Below, one piece after another: positions 1 to 8,866 of a DNA stretch of 15,663 nt; position 1 is the stretch's first letter; the number at the start of each line of letters is the position of its first letter. Source of the DNA: Bugula neritina. Its lineage: Eukaryota; Animalia; Bryozoa. The translations under genes were made by a program, and so were the position numbers. Under the pieces are notes generated by a model. It was given only the letters and a program-made list of their open reading frames with translations, searched no databases and was not told the origin of the DNA. The stretch is taken from assembly GCA_964035545.1 (NCBI GenBank), contig CAXIUT010000075.1:1-15663 (forward strand), read 5' to 3'.

Positions 1-87
1 CCCAACCCCAACCCCAACCCCAACCCCAACCCCAACCCCAACCCCAACCCCAACCCCAACCCCAACCCCAACCCCAACCCCAACCCC
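1..87 (-). repeat. Left telomere, (CCCCAA)n
   Basis: Near-continuous C4A2 repeats from base 1 to 87, followed by an AT-rich subtelomere. This is the oligohymenophorean ciliate telomere unit. Confidence 0.98.
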
Positions 88-240
88 TATAATAGGTTGA
101 TTGAGATGAGTTTACTTCTTCAATGATTAAAATTGATTCTATTGATTAATGAAATATGATTTATTGATTGGTCGATATAGATGGGTCGAGTTATTGTATT
201 GACTGATTTGGAATTAGAATTCCCATAATATATAATAGCA

Positions 241-1776
241 ATGGAACCCAAAGTAGAAGACCAAGATATTCAAGAAGACTCCAACTCTAACCCTTCTCAA
301 CACAAAACTAGACAGATCAAAAAGAGTCCAAAACCCATAAGCAAAAATCCAGAACCTCCTCACTCTTAAAAAAAAGATAATCTCTTGTCTTCCCTCAGAG
401 TTAGTCCTCAATTTGGTGTGTTTTAAAGCTAAATGCAAAAACAGTCTCGACTCTAAAAGTTCTGGACGGTCGAAATCAATAATTACTATAGAAGTGAGAT
501 CGGATCAGAAGAAAAAAATATGCTTTGTGGGCTCATCAAAGAACAAGTACCACCTCTTAAAGAGATCCTTCGCAAGCATAATGAAGTACTAGCATACCAA
601 CGCCTCCCCTTCGATGAACTCTTCCGCTATGTTCAGCTTGTTAAATAATGTAGAAGTGGATCCAAACTTAAGCTGGTTGAAAGTGAAGAAAAAAGTTTCC
701 TAGCAGTCTTGGGACCATCAGAATAACTGGAAAGACTAGTTTAGGTGTCTGAAGAAGAAGCTTTGCTTCTGTCGAAAAGGTAGAAGTTTTTACTAGAATT
801 GAGAAAAAGATCAGAAAAATACAACTAGGCTAAAGGGCGCAGTTAACACCTTTCATAAATATCGGAAGAAGTGGCTTTTCTGTTGCACCAGATGAGAACA
901 AACAAGTCTAAAATAAACTTTTCTCTGAGAAAGATAGACTAAAGAATAGGCTTAGAAGCCAACAAGAACTATTAAAACTGGCTTGATGTCAAAGATAAAT
1001 ACATCAGGTGTCTTATTAACAAAAATATTAACATTGCCCTTCAAAACCAGTAAATCGACTATCTTAACTATTTTACTACTTTAGATGCAATCTAGCAGCA
1101 TGGGACTATTGATACTGAACAAAAACCCATCACTGATAAAAAATAATTTGAGGAGTATCTGAAAAGGAAAAAAAGCAAAAAGTCAAGAAAAAACCCTAAA
1201 TCTGTTTTAAAGACAGCTTGTGGAGGTTGCCTGAGCGGACACTACTAGCAATACAATCCCTTTAGCTATTGTCCAGATTGTCACGTCCGTTTCCATAAAT
1301 ACTGCTACACCCCGATTAAAGACGGACTTTGCTAAGTTTGTTTCCACAGAAAGGAACCTGGTTCTAAGACACGAGCAAACTAGTGTCAATTTTGTTCAAA
1401 TAAAGGTTTTCTTTCAGTTCCTCTTAGATCAGTCAAAGAAGGTGTTTCAATTCATGTATTTTGCATGCTAATCAATGGTCTTTGGTAGTTGTAGAACGGT
1501 CAACTATAGTTTAAATAGAACCATTCATAGAGTCCAAACTCTCCTGACGAGGTATGTTCCATTTGTAATACTGCTGTTTATATCTATGGATGTTAGAAAT
1601 GTGGAGCCAAAGCACATCCTTTATGTGCTTTTTTAAATGGATGGAATTTGTCATTTGGAGAATTAGGAGTGCAGCTAAGATGCTGTGAAGGAGTAGAGTT
1701 GTAAAAAAACAGCTATCGACGTAAATTTATTTTGAACTACAAAAAGATGCTCTACAAAGTCTAAAGAGAACGATGA
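241..1776 (+). CDS. PHD finger / Zn knuckle / atypical PHD (PZP-like, BRPF/JADE/AF10/Nto1-type) chromatin reader, 511 aa, no introns
   Basis: Open from ATG 241 to TGA 1774-1776 when TAR=Glu. The C-terminal third reads CGGC..CPDC.VRFHKYCY..CEVC (PHD), CQFC..HVFC (knuckle), then CSIC..CEKC..AHPLCA (ePHD). Confidence 0.85.
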
Positions 1777-2151
1777 TTTGTAAATATTACTAGATTTAAC
1801 CTTTTTACTATGATTAAAAATTCACAAAAGTATTCAATTATCTTTGAAAATAATAAAAATAAAAATAAAATAAATATAGAAAAAAATTAAAGATAAAAGA
1901 TTGATTGATTATATTCTAAATAACTAATATTTGGTTTCTTCCTTTTTGATATCTTTCTATTTATTAGCAACTTAATATCAGCCCTTTTATATTGATTGTT
2001 TTGTTGAAGAATAAGAATATCTAAAACTCAACTAAAAATTTGAAATTTACACTTGTCGAATCGTTTTCATTTAAATTAAATACTTCTATTTATTTTGATT
2101 GTTTATTATATTAAATATTATAAGTTAGATTTAATTAAGATAGAGATAAGA

Positions 2152-3098
2152 ATGTAGTCAACGAAAGCACAATCTAAATAAAAACTCACTTACAGCTTTC
2201 TTTCAGGGGGATTGGCAGGAGTTGTAGCTAAAACTATCATTGCACCCATAGAAAGAATCAAATTCCTCTTCGTTGTAAAATTTCACTGATCAAGATAGAC
2301 TTCCAACAGAAAATTCACCTATCGCATGTTCTTCACTGACCTCATACATATTGTCAACAAACATGGAGTCTCCAACCTCTGGAGAGGAAACCTCATGAAC
2401 ATATCCAGAGTCTTCCCTCATGCAGCTATAGTACCATCACTCTCATCCAGGACTTCTCTGTCTTTGACTACCTCAGAACCAAATTTTATCAAAAAGACGG
2501 CTCATTCCAAATGCAAGTTATCCTCTACCTTTGTGGAGCCACTGCTGGAGTCACCTCTCTCACCATCACAACTCCTCTATAGTTCGTTAGAGTAAGACTA
2601 GCAATGGAAAGAGATAGCTTCAGCTACCACTCCAACTTCTCTGCTTTCAAAACCATTATAGAACGATAGGGATTCCAAGGATTTTACCAAGGATATGGAG
2701 CTGCTCTTGTCGGTATTATAATTTATCATGGTTGTTCATTCTTCCTCTTTACTAAAATGAAATAAATAGTCAAGCAAAAATGGCCCAGTAACTACTCCAA
2801 ATGGTACATTGACTTTGCTATTGGAGGACTTAGTGCAGCTGGACAACTGATTGCATATCCCTTTGATGTACTTAGAAAAAGAATGCAAGGACAGCAACTG
2901 CTATATCATAAAGGATAACTTGATGGTTTAAGGAATTATAAACAACTTATAAAGGAAATATATTAGAAGGAAGGAGGATATAGAGGATTTTTCAAAGGAA
3001 TATCTCTCAATATGATAAAAGCACCACTTTCACTGGCTACAGTTTGGACAGTAAAAAATAATATCAATAGACTACTCGATTCCAGTTATGATTTTTGA
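2152..3098 (+). CDS. Mitochondrial carrier (SLC25), CoA-carrier/Graves-disease-carrier-like (SLC25A42/SLC25A16/Leu5 group), 300 aa, introns 2275-2298 and 2431-2450
   Basis: Three carrier repeats with Px[DE]xx[KR] signatures (APIERIK, TPLEFVR using TAG, YPFDVLR). Also FLSGGLAGVVAKT, LWRGN..RVFPHAAI and EG..GF[YF]xG. Two GT-AG introns restore the frame; stop is TGA 3096-3098. Confidence 0.93.
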
Positions 3099-3219
3099 TA
3101 TCAAATGATCTAAATCAACTTATAATACATTTCATCGGATATATGAAAAGTGTTCATTTTATACAGGATAAAATATGATAAATATAAACTAATTGCATAT
3201 AATTCAAATTAAACCCAGA

Positions 3220-3966
3220 ATGTAAAAACCTATCCATCCAAAAGATCTCTTCAAAAATCTGCTTTACACCAACTTCAAGCAGAGTTAATGTCTATAATCC
3301 CAAGAAAAATAATCCAAAAAGGTTATCAAGGAACTATAAAGTTAAAAAGCAGAACATTTGTTATTAATTTAAAAGAAAAAGATGGTGATGTACTAATTAT
3401 AAAAATTACTAAGCAAAAGAAAATGTATTGACTAAGATAATACAACTAAAATATATTATTTTAGATAAAATACTTTAATCCTTAAAAGTAATCTAGATTT
3501 AAAATCATAAATTAGTCAACAAAAATTAATCAATATGGAAAAAAAAAGAAAATTAAGATAATTAGTATCACTAACTCTACTACTGTAAAGAAAGTTATCA
3601 GCAAAAGAACTGTAAAGAAAGTTATAAACAAAAGAACTGTAAAGAAAGTTATCAGCAATAGAACTGTAAAGAAAGTTATCAGCAAAAGAAAAGAACAAAT
3701 AAAGGAATATTTAGATAAAAAATGAAAAAGATTGTGAAGAAGACTTTTGGGTAAAAAGAATATAAAGAATAAAAGGTAAGTATCATAGTAGATAAGAATA
3801 AAGAAGAAGAGATAAAATTAGACATGATTACAAGTTGTTAAGATAAAGAAGTGGATAAAAAAGCAAAAGTTGTATTCTCTGTAGTGATATCAATGAACTA
3901 GAATATAGTAGACCAACATTATTATCTCCTAGATATAAAAGAATATATAAGAATGAATAAATCTGA
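3220..3966 (+). CDS. Hypothetical K/E-rich coiled-coil protein with a 9-aa repeat, about 248 aa (alternative in-frame ATG at 3175)
   Basis: TGA-free frame 3220-3966 that fills the gap between its neighbours. The repeat translates as LERKLSAKE with TAA=Glu. No recognisable domain. Confidence 0.7.
3583..3690 (+). repeat. 27-bp coding tandem repeat, 4 copies (CTGTAAAGAAAGTTATCAGCAAAAGAA)
   Basis: Units start at 3583, 3610, 3637 and 3664, with few substitutions. Confidence 0.95.
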
Positions 3967-4030
3967 CTTTAAAAACTCTTGATAATCTTTATTATGTTTA
4001 TAGTAGTTATAGATCAATAATAAATAAGTA

Positions 4031-6181
4031 ATGAGTCGTGAATTTACTTACAAAGCCCATAAGGGGTTGGGGTTGGGGTTGGGGTTGGGGTTGGGGTTGG
4101 GGTTGGGGTTGGGGTTGGGGTTGGGGTTGGGGGTTGGGCATAATAAATTTCGTAGGAAGGTCAAAGTTATTAAGCCAGATCTTAGTCAAAACGATTTCAT
4201 TCGAGTTTTACCAACTAAAATGTATAAAGATAGATAAAGACTTTATTCTGAAGGTTTGCAATTAAAACAAGCATTGAATGAAATGAGTCTTTAGAATGTT
4301 AGACTCAAAACTCAATTATCAGTAGTTGAGAAATAAAGCAAGATGAATCTGATGACTTAGCCTGCTTAAACTGGATATGATAGAAAATCATAGTTCGGTA
4401 AAGGTCAAAAAGATGTATATCTAAGAGAATATAGATAGTAGTGAGGAGAATGAAGGCCTTAGTACGATAATACAAGACTTAGAACTAACGTTTAAAAAGT
4501 GAGAACAAAAAATCATTAAAAGTGTTAAATATCTGAAAGTAAATGAGTTGTAGATCGAATTGGCAGTAGTAATAGAATAAAATAGCAAATTAGCTGCTAT
4601 TATTCAATAACTTTAAGGTAGAAATAATGATTGTAATAAATTAGAGGCTGATATTGATGATTTACAAACAATTTTAGAAAGACAATATTAAACCAACAGA
4701 AAAGTAGTTGAATAAAGATAAGTATTAGTCAGTGAAATTCATAAATTGAGATAAAAATTAAAAATAGAAGGAGAGAAAGGCAAAAATAAGTAGAGCAAAT
4801 GGATGAGAGATCTAAATCAATAAAAAAGAAAAGTTATTTGCTTATAAAGATAAAATGAAGAAATAAGAAAATAAATCAAAGCTTTAAAATAAAATAAATA
4901 TATATAAAGCAATAAATAAGTAAATACAAGTAAGAAGTATGTTAAAAAAGTCAAGAATCTTTCCAATTTAATGAAAAGTATATCAATATCTATATAGGTT
5001 CATAAAGATAAAGACACAATAAGACATAACAACAACCAAGACACAATAAGACATAGCAACAACCAAGACACAATAAGACATAACAACAACCAAGAAACAA
5101 TAAGACATAGCAACAACCAAGAAACAATAAGACATAACAACAACCAAGACACAATAAGACATAGCAACAACCAAGAAACAATAAGACATAACAACAATCA
5201 AAATAACGGGAAATAGTAGATCTATAGGGATAGATTAAGTAGTTGAGAAGATAGCTCTAACAATATAGAAAGATCTGTTCTTCTGTGGGAAAAGGACAAA
5301 AGATAATGACAGACAAATTGGCTAATGAATAAAGTTAGATAAATATTTAGGATGTATATGAAGATAGATTTGAGAAAGAGATGATATCAAGTCGTAAAGA
5401 GAAAAGTGGTCGATAGTAAAGAGTATAAATATTTTAGTAATCAAAATAAAAGTTATCAGTGAATGTCATTCAAGAATAAACAGTTACGAAACCTTCTAAA
5501 TCTAATCAAGATTTAATAAAATAACATTCAAGTCTTCAATCAGAATTAAAATAATTATTGACCTATAGAATGATATCTCAAAGATACCCTTTTGCCGACC
5601 TACGTGCTGACATATAGTCATCTGAAACAACTTCTTTTACAGTAGCAGATTTGATGGGAATGCTAATCAATTAGCCTTTCTATCTAACAGAAAAGTACCT
5701 GGCTTTCTTTATTAAATTTTGTTTTGGAGAATAAATTACTAATAAACATTAAATATTGAGCAGCTAAAAGTTAGTTTAGAAATTGGATCAATTAATAGGA
5801 GAAGTTGAACTCGTTGATGAATAAAAATAAAGGTAAATGATAGTCAGAATCGCACAAATGACCAGTGCATATCCCAACTAGCTAAGAATGGCTTTTTAAA
5901 GTGTGAGAAATGGAGAGGAAACTGTCTCCATTCATAACTTAAGACAAATGTTTAAAAAGTTAGAATTGTAAAAATAGTATATCGAGTTAATAATAGCATA
6001 GTTATCTATCTGTTCATAAGATTTATAACATTTGAACTTCCATGGGTTCTTCTAGAGGTTCTACTTTGAAGATTAGGAAGTAAATTAAGCTATCTAGGAA
6101 GAAAGAGAAGAATCAGAGTAGTCGAGACAGACTTCTGGAAGGAGAAAAGATAAAAAAAAAGAAGAGGAAAAACCTAAATGA
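4031..6181 (+). CDS. Hypothetical coiled-coil protein with a possibly degenerate EF-hand-like C-terminus; in-frame telomeric insert, introns 4415-4434 and 4978-4997, apparent frameshift at the A run 4507-4512
   Basis: ATG 4031 follows an AT-rich spacer. Reads ..KDRERLYSEGLQLKQALNEMSLENVRLKTQL..; a 20-nt intron avoids TGA 4442; then IVVRRMKALVREYKTENERLKSENK / IIKSVKYLKVNELEIE, which needs one extra A. A second 20-nt intron leads to a frame ending at TGA 6179-6181. The gene model is tentative. Confidence 0.7.
4063..4138 (+). repeat. Internal telomeric tract (G4T2)n, 76 bp, one G5 unit, flanked by CATAA direct repeats
   Basis: CATAA at 4058-4062, then GGGGTT...TTGGG, then CATAA at 4139-4143. 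The G5 is at 4129-4133. Confidence 0.97.
5013..5201 (+). repeat. 27-bp coding tandem repeat, 7 copies (KTEQQPR[HN]N in the inferred frame)
   Basis: Unit GA[C/A]ACAATAAGACATA[A/G]CAACAACCAA, repeated every 27 bp from 5013. Confidence 0.97.
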
Positions 6182-6281
6182 TACCTTCCTACCATTTCTA
6201 TCATCAACTATCTCATATCAAATAGTGCTTTTTTAACTGTACTTCATTCCTTATTTCTTATTAGTTTCATATCTATCATTA

Positions 6282-6364
6282 CCTCTACATTCACCACCAT
6301 ATCTCCTACTTCCATCATTATTTGTCTCCTCTGCTTTCACCACCATATCTCCTTCTTCCATCAT
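6282..6364. repeat. Imperfect 37-bp direct duplication (46-bp period)
   Basis: CCTCTACATTCACCACCATATCTCCTACTTCCATCAT (6282-6318) versus CCTCTGCTTTCACCACCATATCTCCTTCTTCCATCAT (6328-6364). Confidence 0.85.
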
Positions 6365-6420
6365 ATTATCTAATTAGTTCCACTTTGATGTCATAGCTAT
6401 CATTATGGAGAATACCATCC

Positions 6421-6438
6421 AATAATAATAATAATAAT
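6421..6438. repeat. (AAT)6 microsatellite
   Basis: Read directly; it ends 8 bp before the second internal telomeric tract. Confidence 0.85.
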
Positions 6439-6446
6439 AGCTCTTA

Positions 6447-6516
6447 GGGGTTGGGGTTGGGGTTGGGGTTGGGGTTGGGGTTGGGGGTTGGGGTTGGGGT
6501 TGGGGTTGGGGTTGGG
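6447..6516 (+). repeat. Internal telomeric tract (G4T2)n, 70 bp, one G5 unit
   Basis: CTTA|GGGGTT...TTGGG|AAAACTGTC. The G5 is at 6483-6487. No flanking duplication. Confidence 0.97.
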
Positions 6517-8696
6517 AAAACTGTCGCTGCCAATGACTTCTTAATAGTAACTGGCGATACTGGTTCTGGAAAATCTACTCAACTCCCTCAATACATGATG
6601 GATTCATAATAAATCAGATAAAGTATCATCAACAGTCAGAAGCAGGCAAGTTCAACTGGCAATGGAGGACATAATATCGACTAAATCAACGTAGTGATCA
6701 CCCAACCGAGAAGAATGGCAGCTGTGAGCATGGCCAATCGAGTAAGTAGTGAACGTGGGACTATGGTGGGGGAGAAGGTAGGTTACACAATTCGTTTTGA
6801 CGATAAAACTTCATCTAAGACAAGACTAAGATATATCACTGATGGCATATTTGTAAGACAGTGCGTGGCTGATCCCTATCTTTTCAAATATCAAGTGGTA
6901 ATTTTGGACTAGGCTCACTAGCGTTCACTATATACTGACATTTTATTTGCTCTATTGAAAAAAGCTGTTATTTACAGAAAAGGCACTTTGAAATTGATTG
7001 TCACTTCTGCTACTTTGCCCACCAAAAACTTTGCCTCTTATTATTCTGGATGCCCTGTGATACAGATGCATGGAAAACTCTTTCCAGTAGATATCAAATA
7101 CTACACTATAAAACAAAATGCAAGAGTAGAAGAAGTGGTCAAAGCTACCATCAGAATGCATTTACATGAAGGTCATGGAGATATTTTAGTGTTTTTGACT
7201 GGATCAGAATAGTGCTAATCTGCAACTAGATTGTGTGAACAGAAACTATAGGAGTTGATGTTGAAAGGTAAAGAAGTACCAGGCATGATTATGTACCAAC
7301 TCTATGGTGCTCTTAGTAATTAAGACCAAGCAAGGGTGTTCGAAAAAACTCCATAAGGAATTCGAAAAGTTGTCTTTTGTACCAATATTGCATAAACATC
7401 ACTAACCATCGACAATATCGGATTCGTTATAGATTGTGGGTATGTAAAACAAAAAACTTTTAATCCAAAAACCAATATGGACTCCCTAGTGACAGTTCCC
7501 ATTTCTAAAGTACAAGCAGTGCAAAGAAAAGGTCGAGCCGGTCGAACTCAAGACGGTAAATGTCTTCGTCTTTACTCCTAGAAGTTTTTTTAAGGTACTA
7601 ATCTGTCTATACAGAAATGAAAGATTACAGTTTGCCAGAAATATTGAGAGTATCACTATCCAACGTAGTTTTGACTCTTAAATCAATGAAGATTCAAGAT
7701 GTGATTAATTTTTAGTACATGGAGAGTCCAGACAAACAGGCCATCTTTAAAGCCCTCAGCGAGCTGTTTCTTCTTGGTGCTCTAACTGAAGAAGGATCTA
7801 TTACTGATTTAGGCATTGAAATGAGTAAATTTCCACTTGAGCCACAATATTCGAAAGCACTAATAAACTCAGCATTATTCGAAATACCAGAAAAGATGGT
7901 AATATTGACGTCCATGCTTTCTACCTAAACTATCTGGAAGAAAGTTTTGAAAATAAACGAAGAATAATATAATGACTTCACATAAAAATCATAACATTTT
8001 TTGCAATAAACAGGAGATCATTAAACCTACCTGAATATTTACTAAGGATGGACCAAATGCTAAGATCCGAATGTATACTGTGACTAAAACTATCTCAATT
8101 TCAGAGCTCTTCGACAAGCTGATAACATCAACTTACAACTGCACGACATCTTGGTGGCTTGCAATCTGGAATCAGTTAAAAAGTATTACAAAAATGATCC
8201 CAATTATAGATAGTTTCTTTAAATAAAAGAACTGTATAAGAAAATGCCTAAATAATATGGTCATACATTGTTAAGGAAATGTCTGGCCATGGCTTTTTAC
8301 TTCAAAACAGCTCATATATCTGCTAACCAGCAAGCCTATATCTTAAATTATCCTTAAGGAATAGTCGCAGTTATTGATCCCACCTCCACTCTTGCCAGGC
8401 AAGGTAAAATAGCTTAAACAGTAGTTTATACTGAACTAGGAGGTGGTAGTAGTCATGGCATCATGCAAACAGTTAGTGTCATAGATAGCAAATGGGTCAA
8501 ACCATATCTTCCTAAAATTAAAAACATTGATATATTTGGACTAGCAGGCATGAACCTAGAACGATCAAGGAAAGTATAACAAAAAGTATAATTAAGTGAG
8601 TAATAAAAAAGAAAAAGGATGTTAGAAGAAAGATAAAAAAAAATAAGAGAAGCTACTTAACGCTACAAAGCTAGAAAAATGCTAAAGCAAGGATGA
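6517..8696 (+). CDS. DEAH-box RNA helicase, DHX40-like (Prp22/Prp43 family), apparently 5'-truncated at the telomeric tract, intron 7595-7614, about 719 aa visible
   Basis: Motifs [49 protein letters not shown] (both E are TAG), TSAT, ILVFLTG, TNIAETSLTID (E is TAA) and [11 protein letters not shown]2 region follows ([15 protein letters not shown]), then an OB-fold-like region and C-terminal ATERYKARK. Stop is TGA 8694-8696. Confidence 0.93.
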
Positions 8697-8715
8697 TATC
8701 TGTTATTTAACTGCA

Positions 8716-8803
8716 TTTTATAATATCTATAGATATTATCTTTTGTTATCTTTAAAGTATTTATGGATGTTATCTTTTATAATATCTATAGATATTATCT
8801 TTT
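8716..8803. repeat. 29-bp direct repeat, 2 copies, each containing the perfect 20-bp palindrome ATAATATCTATAGATATTAT
   Basis: Copies at 8716-8744 and 8775-8803; palindromes at 8720-8739 and 8779-8798. Lies between two convergent 3' ends. Confidence 0.9.
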
Positions 8804-8866
8804 ATTATTTACTGATGACATTATATATTGTAAGATTATTTGATATTATGTCCATAAAGGTGTAAA

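Noticed and set aside
4007-4265. ORF-track proteins with poly-PQ and poly-GW repeats (GW could suggest an Argonaute hook)
   Set aside because: These are alternative-frame translations of the telomeric tract, which has no stop codon in any frame.
4983-5201. Three minus-strand hydrophobic/Cys-rich repeat ORFs
   Set aside because: They are antisense shadows of the 27-bp repeat; the real gene is on the plus strand.
2287-5246. TGA readthrough (Trp/Cys/Sec) at 2287, 4442, 4534 and 5244
   Set aside because: Each is explained by a canonical short GT-AG intron or a frame change. Trp is encoded by TGG elsewhere and all genes end at TGA.
4063-6516. Telomere-bearing transposon (TBE/Tel-1-like) bounded by the two internal tracts
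   Set aside because: The tracts are direct rather than inverted, no shared outer target duplication exists, no transposase lies between them, and the enclosed gene starts outside the first tract.
3990-6560. Tetrahymena 15-bp chromosome breakage sequence near the internal tracts
   Set aside because: I saw no match by eye. It is removed during breakage in Tetrahymena, so its absence is uninformative.
6901-7401. Standard ciliate code (TAR=Gln) or split code (TAA=Lys, TAG=Glu)
   Set aside because: Gln would give DQAHQR and destroy the DEAH box. TAA occupies Glu positions in TNIAETS and EF-hand position 12, which excludes Lys.
6517-8696. Helicase (and other genes) as stop-riddled pseudogenes
   Set aside because: The internal TAA/TAG codons fall on conserved Glu positions and no in-frame TGA interrupts the genes, so this is a code reassignment.
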